DNA of 58,883 bases, filler included, from Sphacelaria rigidula (taxonomy: Eukaryota), in the NCBI GenBank assembly GCA_964200075.2. It is 9 parts of 9 records of this genome, joined end to end, with 100 filler letters (N's around TTAATTAATTAA, not from the genome) between each part and the next. Parts side by side here need not be neighbours in the genome. Positions count along the whole stretch, not along the records: positions 1 to 6,454 come from CAXNAA020019974.1; positions 6,555 to 13,008 come from CAXNAA020019975.1; 7 more parts are not named here. The stretch is one strand, 5' to 3'. Below are positions 1 through 11,932 of this stretch, one piece after another. Made by a program: the position numbers and the translations under genes. Each line of letters begins with the position of its first letter. Position 1 is the first letter of the stretch. The notes under the pieces were generated by a model. That model worked only from the letters and a program-made list of their open reading frames with translations. It made no database searches and was not told where the DNA came from.

Positions 1-269
1 AAGAAATCGTGAATTTGGTGATTTTGAGTCGTGATGATTTATCCTAACCGTGATATATATATATATATATATGCGTATATATTCCTAGACTTCTCTCGCT
101 ACGTGTACCAGAAGACGTGTCACGTGATCACGCGTTCCCTCTTCCATGATTGACTATTATAGTGCCGACCATTGTCTTCTGAGTGTTTTCGATCGGGTGA
201 GTTGTTTTTCATAACTCGTTTTCCAATCACTCACCAGTGAGTTAGGGCAGCATCACTGAGTGGTGTCCA

Positions 270-457
270 TTCTGGCCGGGTGAGTTATGAACTAGAACTC
301 AGCGGTGCAAAATCTGGCCTAGTGAGTTATAAACTAGAACTCAGTTATGCACATTCTGACCGGGTGAGTTATGAACGATAACTCAGTTATGCATATCTTG
401 GTCAGATGAGTTATAAGCTAGAACTCAGCGATGCACATTCTGGCCAGGTGAGTTATA
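270..457. repeat. 42-bp tandem repeat, about 4.5 copies
   Basis: Units start at 270, 312, 354, 396, 438 (TTCTGGCCGGGTGAGTTATGAACTAGAACTCAGCGGTGCAAA-like); each full unit holds an internal inverted repeat TGAGTT...AACTCA. Confidence 0.9.
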
Positions 458-1157
458 CAGCACAAGTGAGCTAACCCATCAGTTGTCCGACGTGTGAAAC
501 TATTAGCCCGAGGCGTGTTCTGCAGAACCGTATAAATGTGTGCGCCCGTGCAGCCCGGGACTCAGTACAATTATATAGAAAAGACAGAGGTGATCCTGAT
601 TGTTGTTTTGTACAGACTCTAGGCACACAAGTGCTGATTTTGACTGTGTGCACAAGGTTGAACACACTTCACTCGTTGCGTCCCCTCACTGGACAAAACT
701 ACTGTAATCCGATCGCACCGGGGTGACATTTGGCGCGCCCAGGACGTATGCTGGTGGACTCTTCTGTGGCCTTCTGCCGTAAAAGTGGTTGCCGTCGGTC
801 TTTTCTGTTCGCATATTTTTTTTCGTCAAGGCTTGAAATAATGACGTGTCTGGCCCGGGGACGGAAGGGGAGGATTCCCAGTTCCCAAGAGGTCAAACTC
901 CCACGCACCGTTATTCCGCGAAGTGCCATACAGACATATTTGAAGAGGCGCATTATTGCGGGACAAGTTCGAGTATACACCTGCATGTGGCATACACCTA
1001 CATACCAATAGAATCAGAAATGGATCATGATAAAACTGACAAATTTGAAGAGGAATGTGATCTCCCCAAAGATGCTCCCCGTATGACTCGTACCAGTATG
1101 GCCCGTATGGATTTCCCTACTGGCCCGTATCCGTACGCCCCCCGTAATTCCTCATGT

Positions 1158-1760
1158 CATACTGGTGGATGCTGGTGATATTGCGTATTTTGCAGCCTGA
1201 TACTGGCGAATACTGGTAATACTGCGTATTACGCCGTCTCCTACTGGCGTATACTGGTGATACTGGGTATTTCGCCACCTCATACTGGCGAATATTGGCG
1301 ATACTGTGTAATTTGCGGCCTCGTACTGGCGAATATACCGGCGATATTGGGTATTTCGCCGCCTCATACGCGCAGATACTGGGGATACTGGGTATTTCGC
1401 CGCCTCGTACTGGCGGATACTGGCGGTACTGGGTATTTCGCCGTCTCATACTGGCGAATAATGGCGATACTGGATATTTTGCGACCTCGTACTGGCGGAT
1501 ACTGGCGATACTGGGTAATTCGCCGCTTTGTACTGGCAGATACTGGCGATACTGGGTATTTTTGCCGCCTCGTACGAGTGGATACTGTTGGTCCTGGGTA
1601 TTTCAGTGTCTCACACTGGTGCATACTCACGATATTGTGTATTGTGGAGGATAACACTGGCGGATACTGGTGATACTGGGTATTGTCGCCGCCTGGTACT
1701 GGCAGATAATGGCGATATTGCGTATTTCATTGCCTCATACTGATTCATACTGTCGGATAC
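1158..1760. repeat. 41-bp minisatellite (GATACTGG family), array 1
   Basis: Consensus about CATACTGGCG-GATACTGGCG-ATACTGGGTA-TTTCGCCGCCT; three ACTGG motifs at about 10-bp spacing per unit; roughly 14 diverged units. Confidence 0.9.
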
Positions 1761-2494
1761 TAGGTACAATACCCCACGTCCAAAGTGGGGCAATTGGCAA
1801 TGTCTTACGATACTGACGATTTTCTCAGATTCCTTCGCTTGCCACTGCTCATTACATTGGAGACCTGAAGACACTAGAACCCGCTCCACATTTCAAAAAA
1901 ATATCATGTGCTCAATATTGAGTGACTTGCGGACTGACCGGTCATCGAATGTCCCGACATGTTTCAGCCCAAATTCCGACTCTTCGACATTTTCGGTCGA
2001 TCGAGCGTATCCCGATCGTATTTGGAAGAAATGATGAGTTTTTTCTTTGATACACCTAGTTTTTGCACCAGAGCAAAATAACTGCGTTTCACAATCAATA
2101 ACGCCCTCCTGATAAACGAGGTATCTACTCGTATCGCCCGATAACATCGACTAACTCTGACGAAATACCTCGTACTGGTGGATACCGGCATCCACTCCAA
2201 GCACGTGCAGACCTCGAGCACTTCGTTTCCAGGAATACCAATTCACCTACGAACAAGTAGTAGTAAAAGTGTATCATTTTCCCATCACACAAAGCAACAC
2301 ATAACGCAGCAGAAAATACCAGCAAGCACGCAGCGGCAGGAAAACCATGGGGCTAGTGTATGTGGGGTTTGACCAGTGGGGTCTTCTACGTGTGTGTGTA
2401 TGTGGGGTATAGTGTCTCTCGCTGTACCTTGATGCAGGTACTGGAAAATATCACATATGTTTTCGGATTAATGTCACTGAGTATTTCGCCGAAA

Positions 2495-3025
2495 GATACC
2501 GGCGGATACTGGCTACACTGGGTGATTCGCCGCCTCGCACTGGTGGATACTGGCGACACTGGGTATTTGGCCACCTCATACTGGCGGATACTGGAGATAC
2601 TGGGTATTTCGCAACCTTATATTGGCGGATACTGGGGATACTGGGTAATTCGCCGTCTCATGCTGGCGGATACTGGGGATACTGGGTAATTCGCCGCCTC
2701 ATACTGGCGGATACTGGGGATACTGGGTAGTTCGCCGCCTCATACTGGCGAATACTAGGGATACTGCGTATGTCGCCGTCTCACACTGGCGGATACTGGG
2801 GATACTGGGTAGTTCGCCGCTTTTTACTGGCGGATACTGGTAATAATATTGCGTATTTCGCCGCTTCATACTGGCAGATACTGGGGATACGGGGTATTTC
2901 GCCACCTCATACTGGCGGATACTGGCGATACTGGGTATTTTGCGGCCTCATACTGGCGTATACTGGCGATACTCGGTATTTTTGCCGTCTCGTACGGGTG
3001 GATACTGACCGTGCCCAGTATACGG
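2495..3025. repeat. 41-bp minisatellite (GATACTGG family), array 2
   Basis: Same unit as 1158-1760; CTGGGTAATTCGCCG recurs at 2641 and 2682 (41 bp). Related motifs continue at about 3285-3325 beyond a MITE insertion. Confidence 0.9.
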
Positions 3026-3027
3026 GT

Positions 3028-3275
3028 GACACTTTCTACGATAGCCTCCCCCCCAAAAGTGCATGGTTTTTGGATGCAAAATGTTGACGTAAATCGAAAT
3101 GGAAAAAGCCGAGTACAACGAGCAGCTGGAAATTCCCACGCTTGGGCTCGTTCTCGCCAATGTTGCCAATATGAGGCGCTTCATCCAGCCTGAACCCACA
3201 CATCAGGTGCTGTGTGGTCATTTTTTTCGTGACACTTTTGGGCTGGTTTGGGGGGGGGCTATCGTAGAAAGTGTA
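3028..3275. mobile_element. Non-autonomous TIR element (MITE), 4-bp TSD, Sola-like
   Basis: TIRs GACACTTTCTACGATAGCCTCCCCCC / GGGGGGGGCTATCGTAGAAAGTGTA; GGGT on both flanks (3024-3027, 3276-3279). A related single end lies at about 20073-20108. The Sola call is inferred from GA-type termini plus a 4-bp TSD. Confidence 0.75.
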
Positions 3276-3347
3276 GGGTGCGGGTGATACTGTACTGGAT
3301 ACTGGCCCCATACGGGATACGGGGAGCACCTTTGGATCTCCCGGTGG

Positions 3348-3690
3348 CCCCGGTGGCTCAGTCAGTTGGTAACCTCGACATCTCTTGACGGTTGGGTCGT
3401 AGGTTCAAATCTCGGAGCGATCTGGGTTTCTTTCTCACACAATGCCCAACAGTGCAAAGCGACTATGTCGTGGGTACACAAAATTTGACTTGATGGTCGA
3501 GGAGGGAAACATATTGCCACACCCCTCTCGCGATAGAAAATGAAGGCAAGCAACGCAGCAGGAAGGTGGAGAATAGAAGTAAAAACTACTATTGACCTCC
3601 CTCCTGTGTTACGTCGCCTGGTGCGCCCACATATACCAAAAGGTGAGAAGCGGCGTCCAGAATAGATAGGACGACAACACACACATACAT
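3348..3690 (+). mobile_element. tRNA-derived SINE with (CA)n tail
   Basis: A-box-like GGTGGCTCAGTCAGTTGG and B-box-like GGTTCAAATCT; body and 3' end (GGCGTCCAGAATAGAT...ACACACAC) are shared with copies at 38408-38761 and 11460-11932. Confidence 0.75.
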
Positions 3691-4052
3691 TATATACGAA
3701 CATACACCTGCATGGGCAATCGCCAAAACCGGTGTACCGACAGTATTTTCGCCAACATCCGGTATGGCTCACACCCCGCCTCAGAAAAGCTACTAATGCA
3801 GCCACCTGATTGGCCACATCCCGCCGCGTGCGTATTCTGGCGAAAACACACGGTATACCTGTTCTTGGAAACTCGATTTGGCTTTCACCGGTTTTTGGCA
3901 ATCGAGCCAGTAATGCTCAAGTTCCCGGCTAGCCCCAAAACACACACGTCGCCATATTCTATGTTACGTTTCGACGGCTGGCCGTTGGAGATCATAATAT
4001 CCCGAGTTTCGTTTCGTCTATCCGACCACCCGCCGTCCTGGAGCTTTGCCCG

Positions 4053-4120
4053 TCAATCCGACAACGAGCACGCTTTGTCAATCCGTCAACGAACACGCCT
4101 TGTCGATCCGACAAAGCACG
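4053..4120. repeat. About 25-bp tandem repeat, 3 copies
   Basis: TCAATCCGACAACGAGCACGCTTTG-like unit repeated three times. Confidence 0.6.
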
Positions 4121-6454
4121 CGGTGGTTCCACGGGTTTGAAGAGAACCTGCAGTTCAAAGCACACGGCGCCCTGACCAAACGAACCGTCACCCTCGCAGG
4201 AACATGCAGAGCACAACATGTCACCGCCCACGCGAATCCAACATCAAATGCTCCGACCTAGGGGGATTCTCCCGTTATCTCAGCGCGCTCTTTTTTTCAC
4301 AGCAGGAGCTTGTCTGTCGCCTGTTGTTGGGCGTACCGGCATACAAACACCCACGAGATCATCACCCAAGAAGGGGGCCACGGCTGCACGGCAGCTATTT
4401 GAATCGAAGAGCTTGCTGCCGCTGCCTGCATGTGCACCACGCTTCGGCACGTCTCCGTACCTTTTCTGACTGCACACTGTTTGACCTTAGTTGCAAACTG
4501 TAAGATGGGCAGTTAGGGCGTGTCTTCGCGCTTTTCTTTTGGATGGAAAAGATGGGGAAGCGGAATCAACCTGAGCGAAAATTTGTCGTGTTGATGCAGT
4601 TGGGTCCAGGTGGATTGTCATACTTCCCATCGAATAAAGGCAATGGAATTCGTGAGACGGTACATAGTCACTCGTCTACAGTACAGTACAGACTGTCTGT
4701 ACTGTCGGCACTGCTTGCAAGCAGGGTGCCTTGAGTGCGTGTTTCGTGCAGGAGGATATAGAGGAGAAGCGGGCAATGTGCAGTACAGACAGCCCTGAAC
4801 TATCAGTTATCTATGCTTGAAATACACCGTCAAAAAAGGGCGTCGGCATCGTGCAGGTTTGTGCTGCCTGCACCGTCCATGAGCGTGCACGCAAGTCGGT
4901 TGTCCACCGTGCGACGCAGTTCCGTCGCTGATGACCACCATGAGAGAAGATGCGCAAGTTTTCTCCAACAAAAAATGAACAAAGCATACCAACTACTGCA
5001 GTGCATCTATCCCTATGCTCAACTTGTGCGATATGCTGCAGGGTTGCGGTAGTGGCTGACAAAAAGTTGGATGGAGTTTGCATGATGCTGCAAAGAGATA
5101 TCATTTGGCGTGGTGATGTGGACGATGGGAGTCAAGTGCCGCTTCGTGCCCTTCGAACGCACGTTTTCGACCCAAAACGATTGATTTCCACCCAGTTACG
5201 TGCTTCTCCGCACGCCGCTAATTATAAAATTGGGTTGAAGCCTTCTCAAGGAAGATGAATGCGGGGGATCTATGAGATCGGGAAGAAAACATTCCACCGC
5301 ACTCTTTCGATCGAAAAGAAGTGCTTTTAGACACGCCCTTATTCGGTTCTTTGCCCAAGCGGGGGGATGATGATGAAATATATTCGAGCTGGACGTTCGT
5401 GTTGGTTTCGGGCAAGCGGACCGTTTTGCTCAAGTGTCGTACAGTTTTTGTTCACATTGTGTGTCGGTCACTATGATCCGTGGTCAAACAGAGAGTATGA
5501 TGTCATGACAGCTGGTATCGTAGCCTGAAACTCCCGGAACCGAGAGTAGCATCCGGATCAGAGAGGGGAAAAATCTCATAGGGCGATCAATACACATGTT
5601 AGCCGCGAGTGAAGCGATGGCACTGATAGGTATAACCCGTCGAAGACAAGAAGTGTACATTACGTGTACTTTTGTCTACCTGATTCCGGTTCACAGATTG
5701 GCCACCGCTCGCAGTCGAAACATTAACCCACCGCAAGGGTATTTCAATCAGTCATGCGCAATTTTTCCAAGTGAAATCGATGCCGATCCAGGAGGCAGGA
5801 GATGACCTTCCCTCGCCACCGAACAGTTGAGGCAACATTTTGCGTCATTTTCAAGTCAAAATGATGAATCGCAAAAACGGAAATCGTTCGTGGGTTCCCA
5901 AAGGCTTAACGAAACGAGGAAAGCGAGGATGGAATATATGATCACAGATGGTGAACGATGGCGGAGTGACGGATGACGTTTCCTTTTCGCGAAGAATAAC
6001 TAGCCGTTCCAATTCGGGTGGGAGCATCAGTAATGGAAAGACTGCTATCCGGTACTTGTGTAATTAGAATAATGCCGGCGGCGGCACCGCTGGCCATGGG
6101 AAAGCCAGCTGGGCACCCTCCTGACAGCCAAACTGCTCAATTGTGGAAACCCTTTCACGTCCATTTCGCATCGACATGGCATGGTTCCTTTCCTCTCGCC
6201 CTTCTTTCAATCCCAACATCATTTCTTGGTGTGACAACGCTTTTGGGGGGCGATGCGGGCACAGCATCACCTCCCAATCGACCGGGAAGACAGAAAAAAT
6301 CACGTGAACTCCCACGGCGAGTTCTCAAGTTTGTCGTCTCGTTTAAACGAGCCCTAATGCCATCAATTATTCCACACGACGATGATATGTTGCTGGACAG
6401 CTGCAACGCATAGGGAGATGAACTCACGAACAAGAAAAAAACAGTATGCGGAGG

Positions 6455-6554
6455 NNNNNNNNNNNNNNNNNNNNNNNNNNNNNNNNNNNNNNNNNNNNTT
6501 AATTAATTAANNNNNNNNNNNNNNNNNNNNNNNNNNNNNNNNNNNNNNNNNNNN
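6455..6554. other. Artificial contig spacer (N44-TTAATTAATTAA-N44)
   Basis: Identical 100-bp spacer at 6455, 13009, 19563, 26117, 32671, 39225, 45778 and 52331; the 12-mer gives stop codons in all six frames. Confidence 0.98.
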
Positions 6555-6617
6555 CCGGCTTTGTAGGGATGCGAGGTCAATGGTCTCATGACTATGGCAT
6601 GCATGATCATGAGTACA
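6555..6617 (+). mobile_element. 3' end of C-run-tailed retroposon family B
   Basis: CCGGCTTTGTAGGGATGCGAGGTCAATGGTCTCATGACTATGGCATGCATGATCATGAGTACA followed by a C-run; matches 13900-14212 and 23717-24021. Confidence 0.75.
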
Positions 6618-7154
6618 CCCCCCCCCCTGCTTGAAACTGCTCCTACGATCTACTCGCCGACAAAATCTGTTCCTCACCTGTGGAGATGGATAGGCCATCA
6701 TGTGCGACAAGTACAGGCTGAACTGCGGATTAGCCTCGAAGGTGCGAAGATCCTGGTGTAAGATTTTGAAAATGTTTCCCAGAACAAAACAAGGACGGGT
6801 TGTACACATTCACCATCACCTTATATCATGGCAATTTTCCGTGTTGGATCGTCATCACTACTTTTCCATGCCGTTTTCACTGCTGTGTTGGAACATTTCG
6901 CAAGCCAGTATCAAAGGGTTCACGGGCATGTGTGCAGGTATGTGTACATATACTCTCCACTTGCTTTCCTTTCATTGTTTTAGATCAGCCATTTCTTTCT
7001 GTACTTTGCTAGTGTCGATTTTTCTTTTTCATGACTTTTTTTGTCACGACTTCGTCTGCTATGTCGTTCTGTTCCACCTCTCTTTCTGTTTCTTTTTTTT
7101 TTTCTGCTCCTTTTTACTTTTTCTCAGAGCGTGTTTCAGTTTCGTTTTTGTTAG

Positions 7155-7240
7155 GTACGTCCATCATGAGTCCACGGCTGGACCCCTGGGGGGTCAGTTA
7201 AAGTTCGACAATCAATCAATCAATCAATCAATCGATCAAT
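7155..7240 (+). mobile_element. Probable 3' end of a (CAAT)n-tailed non-LTR element
   Basis: CCACGGCTGGACCCC...GTTAAAGTTCGAC(AATC)n; similar ends at about 7850-7907 and 42795-42830, partial matches at about 32180-32215 and 56368-56400. Confidence 0.45.
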
Positions 7241-7907
7241 ACTGCCGCCGTGTCCCGGTGGTGTTATGATCATGATCCAATCCATACCATTAGGGTGCAA
7301 AGAACGCGGATTTGATTCTCACCTCGATACGTTTGGGATTCTCCTTCAAAAGGACCTAATTCCCGTGGTTGAAGGCGTGAGCACGTGAGTAAGTGGTGAA
7401 CATATTTCGTTTGAGCGAGAGTCGACGCGGTGCGGGAGTATTGGTCGTGATCCAACCCACGAGACCAAAAATCGACGTGTGTACGGGGAGAGAGATGGGT
7501 TGCCTCAAGACCACGGACTGGTCCCGAGGAAGAGGAGGGGTTGGACGTGTGACGGTATATCTATAAATACGCATGAAGGAATATACCTACGGTGTATGAA
7601 TACAAAAATAAACCGCAAAAAGTGGACTCCTAGCTCGTGCATTATCGCAAGGTAATTTTTCGAGTATCCCTATCTTCTGTTTGCATGCCGCAAGGGTAGT
7701 CAGTCGAATAGTGAGATCAGAGCTGGAAGAAGATACGGGCATAGTGTAGCGGGGAAGGCGCTACTATCGGTAACATGGAAGATTTGTGGTTTATGCACGA
7801 TTGATTTCCTCATTCCCCACCTTTGCTGTCTCGGATAAATCTACCATGTTGATGATGACCACGGGTGGGTCCCAGGGAAATCAGTTCAAGTGCGACGATC
7901 AATCAAA

Positions 7908-8241
7908 GAGTCATGCTACGATGGAGGGGGGGGGGCGTACTCATTTGTTGCTTGCCTTAGTCGTTTGACCATTGACCACGCATACCTTTCGAGACGGGGG
8001 AAGGGTTCGATTCCGCGAAAAAATGGCTTCCTTGGTGCTTCAGACGACCCAACACACTCGCGGTGCGCTTGTATTTGGGTTAAAGCGATGTCAAGCGGTA
8101 TGAGTGAGCGTTACAAATCGGAAGCACGCGCGTTCGAACAACCGTTGCTGCTATCAACGACGATTGCAAGTAGAATTTCGTGGAAGAAAACGGGCCATTT
8201 CCCCCCCCCTCCCCCCCCCCTCCCCTATCGTAGGATGACTC
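7908..8241. mobile_element. MITE with 4-bp TSD (CAAA), Sola-like
   Basis: TIRs GAGTCATGCTACGATGGAGGGG / CCCCTATCGTAGGATGACTC; CAAA at 7904-7907 and 8242-8245. The same right end occurs at about 39370-39395. Confidence 0.75.
7936..7997 (-). mobile_element. 5'-truncated LINE family A 3' end, nested in the G-run of the MITE TIR
   Basis: Plus strand CGTACTCATTTGTTGCTTGCCTTAGTCGTTTGACCATTGACCACGCATACCTTTCGAGACGG with G-runs on both sides. Confidence 0.8.
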
Positions 8242-9628
8242 CAAATCAAAAGTCGATCTCACCTGCTGTGCTTGCGCTTGCTGACCAACTTGAGAAGGAT
8301 TCGACAAAACGCTCAGGAGTTGTACTATCTCAGCCACAGCCTGTTGTGATACAGCGGGGGGCGGGGGAACAACCAACCACACATCAAAGAGCACGAAAGC
8401 GAATGGTTGAGTGACTGAGGTGTATATATATATATAATGTATACGGTTGGGCCAGCTTGAAGCATTTCTGGCGCTTGTACAGCTTCGCACGGCGCGTGTT
8501 GAAGAGTTCGTAAGCTGAGATTTCGACACAACGTTCATATCACAACACGAAAGAGAGATGCCTTGGCCAAAGATGAAAAAAAAGCAAATTGAAGCCAGTT
8601 TCAGATTTCGACAAAAAAATTGAAAATGCACAAATGTATCAAAGCCATGAAGGCAATACGTTTTTGTGGATTGACGTGTAAAACGGACGAATGGAATTTT
8701 AGCTCACAAATCCGAAAGTTGGATCATGCATTTTGACTAGTATGATGGTGCGCATGTCACCGTGTAGGGCGGCAGTTCGTGGGTTTGGTACCGACATACA
8801 CGCCTTTTTTTTCTCGAGGTCGGCAAAAATACCTCCATGATATAAAAAACAACTCATGTTGCTTGGGTGAAAAATTCTCAACGTGCGTGCGGAAGGTCCT
8901 TGTAAATTCTCGGCAACAAAAAATGAAATTGGGCGCGGCGTTCCACTTTTTGTATCACACCGCTGCCCCGTGGTGGCTCAAGTGGTACAGGAGACTCCAG
9001 CGCCGAGGGCCGAGGGTCTTCAAAGGAAGGCAGCGCGTTCACTGCGCCAAGTTGACGGGAGGGTTTTGTGGGTCCGACTCTCACACCGCCTCGGGCAAAG
9101 CTTTCCGAGCGCTCGAGGCGCCTACTCGGCATGACTGCCGCGAGGTGGTTCAGCCGAGCCTCCGGGTAAGCAGCACACGAACCCGCTAACGGTGTCAACG
9201 TTGGGTAAGGTTTCCTCCTTCCTAAAAGGAATGCGGGGAAAAAAAGCTACGGAGGTCATGAGCTCGAATCCCGACAGATTTTTCATTCTTGCAGAATCTG
9301 ATACCGTCATTGAGGTCATATACTATGCAGCACATCTTCTATTTTTTCTTTCAAGCGGCAGATATCAGCAGGTTGGTCTGCGCGTCACAGCGATATACTC
9401 ACATTACGCTGAGTCGGGAAACTAAAGTAGTAGCCGTTGTGTGGTATATTAGAAAAGTCTCACTTTTTAGACTGGTTCAGCTTATTTCAACGCCTCCCCG
9501 TCCTCGAGACGAGCCAGTCGGTCTCGAGGAATCAGTCGACACATCTGCCACGCGTTATATGCAGAGCGAAAATTGAGGAATTGAGTCGGTGTTGAGTTAG
9601 GCCGTGTTTAGACCGGGTGGGGAGGGGG

Positions 9629-9722
9629 TGTACTCATGATCTTGAATGCCGCAGGCCGTGGTCGTAGGACCATTTACCTCGCATCCCTACAAAGCCGAGA
9701 CGGAACTCGCCGGGTTCTCGCG
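9629..9722 (-). mobile_element. Family B 3' fragment
   Basis: Reverse complement of the family B end; G-runs on both flanks (9615-9628, about 9735-9750). Confidence 0.7.
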
Positions 9723-9895
9723 GACCAGCCTCAGTGGGGGTGGGGGGGGCGAAGGGGCAAGCACATTGAGTCAGATGGCATGTTTTCAGGTTCGCGCTTG
9801 TTTGAAACTTTGACCATGCAGTACTTGGAAATCGTGTGCATGAACCATATGCTTCCCGCATTAGTCATGTTGACCCTTTGGGAGCCCCCCTCGTC

Positions 9896-9957
9896 CCATC
9901 TCGGAAGGGATGCGTGGTCAGTGGTCGAACGACTAAGGCAAGCAACAAATGAGTACG
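9896..9957 (+). mobile_element. LINE family A 3' fragment
   Basis: AAGGGATGCGTGGTCAGTGGTCGAACGACTAAGGCAAGCAACAAATGAGTACG then a C-rich run; another C-run lies just upstream (9885-9890). Confidence 0.8.
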
Positions 9958-11459
9958 CCCCACCCCCCCTTCCGTCCCCGGGCTAGATACCTCATGACTT
10001 CAAGCCCTGACAAGAGAGGATAATATGGGAACAGAAAATATCGACGGCAACCATTATTACGGAGGAAGGCCACGGAAGAATCCGCCAGCATACGTTATGC
10101 GCGCACCGAAAGGTCACCCCGGTACGGCCGGGTTAGTTCTTGTCCAATTAGGGGATGCAACGTGTCAACTGCCTTAAACTTTGAGCACACAGCCAAAATT
10201 GTCAGTCGTCCCTGAAGTCTGAAAAAAACTAAAACCGGGACCACCTGCCTTCGTTTTGTATACCGAGTCCCGTGCTGCACTGGGGCACGTTTTTATGCGG
10301 GTCTGAAAACCACGCCTCAGGCAAAACGTTTTGCGTGAAAGCTGAAAAAACTCTGTCGCCGTCATTACTCCCACAGTGCGTATTCAACGTGGTGGGGCAG
10401 GGTTTGGGATCCCCGTTCACGCTGTCCAGTGCTTACGGCTTGCACTATCCGGCTTCAATTCTGGAGAAAGAGCTAGTGAGGAGGGAATAGTCAAGGCTAC
10501 GGCCTTCCCTTCAACATCAAACCGCCCGCAAACGCCCGCGTTCGACAACCTCATCCGGTTTTCCGAAAGTGTGCCGGACTGTACCCATCCCCCGACGGAC
10601 CTCACGAAACAAATCACGGCCCGCAGTGTCGAGCGTTGTTTGGTGAGTTCAGGATGTGTGACGAGTCGGCGGGCGTTAATCTCAATTCCCATGAGCAGAA
10701 TCACTTCAAAAAATAAAAATCGTTGCGTTTTCTGAATATTGTGGGCTGTGATTCATTCGTTTCCATGATGACTCTCGCAAATGAGCTCGAGAACCAGGCA
10801 ATCAACGGCACGACGGTGGATCGCCTCGTGGATAGCGTAGTCGGGCACCCCAAAGACAATCTCGTGGGATGCAAAATGGACATGTGGCACTGCAGGCGGT
10901 GCTGTTATCGGACTTCCCCCGTGCGATTTTTTCATCGGTTCGGTAAAATTACCGAGACGTTCTTGAGCGGAGACTTGGTTTTTATTTTAGGGCGTACATA
11001 TGAGTATTTTTGCTAGGAACTCCTGTTCTCGATGCACGGTGCACGAAGGGTGCTTCTCGACGTTTACACTTGAAATGGTTAATGCTACCGTATTTGTGCT
11101 GGTACGTTGCAATTTGGTGTCCGGATGTTCTGTACGGTCAGTGCATGTGCTTTGGGGGCGTACGGGTGTTACAAAAACAATGATTAATTATTTTTGGCTA
11201 CATCTACTACACCATCGATGACCTTGGTCCACGTGCATTGCATGCCCGGCTTTGAATCGCTGCACGACCCTACGAGGGTTTTCTTTCAGTCGACCGGCTT
11301 TGCACACACCAAAATTCCGGGCTTCACGAGCTAATTTTTTCCAAATATCACACCAAGGATGCCAAAAAAGTGACCGAAGTTCACGAGGGAAACGAACAAA
11401 AATAGTTGAATCCGTTTGAATTCAAAATATGATATACCTTACCTGAACCATGAAGAAAA

Positions 11460-11932
11460 AAACGATTTCATGATCGACGAGGGACAGGGAGTGCTGAATT
11501 CCCTCTCGGTGAAAAAAAATACAAGCACCGCAGAAGGAAGGTGGAGAGAGCAATGCTACGGTAGGGGTGCACAAAATGTTTCTGGGTAGGTATACCGAAT
11601 GGAGACTACAATGATGCCGCGATAACCCCCCCCCCGAAAAACAAATATACAGGCATAAACCGGGCTGGATCGGAGGTGTGTGCGATACTCTGCGAACAAG
11701 TATGTGCGATTCATGAGACATGTCACCGGTCCAAGACCACAGCGAGGGAGGGACGCAGACAAGATTTCGCGAAAAAGTTCATCCTACCGTAGCATTGCTC
11801 CAGAGCTCAAACCATAAAAGAAGGGCAAGAACTCCTGTATTGGCCTTCCTCCTGTTACCCCTGCCGGTGCGCCCACATATACCACGAGGTATAGACTGGC
11901 GTCCAGAATAGATTGGATGACAACACACACAA
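11460..11932 (+). mobile_element. 5'-truncated copy of the tRNA-derived SINE, interrupted by a MITE
   Basis: 11460-11547 and 11801-11932 align by eye with consecutive parts of 38545-38761. Confidence 0.65.
11548..11800. mobile_element. MITE, Sola-like termini
   Basis: Perfect 18-bp TIR GAGCAATGCTACGGTAGG / CCTACCGTAGCATTGCTC; flanks GAGA / CAGA (4-bp TSD with one mismatch). Confidence 0.7.

Noticed and set aside
1158..3025. ORFs with GGYWRYW / ILAILG / QYRQY repeats as repeat proteins
   Set aside because: They are translations of a 41-bp minisatellite; the period is not a multiple of three and the motifs rotate through all frames.
6499..6510. Regularly spaced TTAATTAATTAA palindrome as a biological periodic signal
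   Set aside because: Always centred in exactly 88 Ns; a six-frame stop linker added during assembly.
6700..7269. 189-aa hydrophobic ORF as a membrane protein (likewise 31739-32218 and 56178-56507)
   Set aside because: Phe/Leu richness comes from T-rich low-complexity sequence; no family motif.
8965..9090. tRNA gene (GGTGGCTCAAGTGG ... GGGTCCGACTC)
   Set aside because: Only degenerate A/B-box-like motifs with long spacing and no cloverleaf that I can build; the similar heads at 3348 and 38408 are SINEs, not tRNAs.
9629..9957. A single DNA transposon with GGGYGTACTCAT terminal inverted repeats
   Set aside because: Each half has its own flanking G/C runs and occurs alone elsewhere with variable truncation; family A carries a LINE-like ORF remnant. 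Two independent retroposon stubs fit better.
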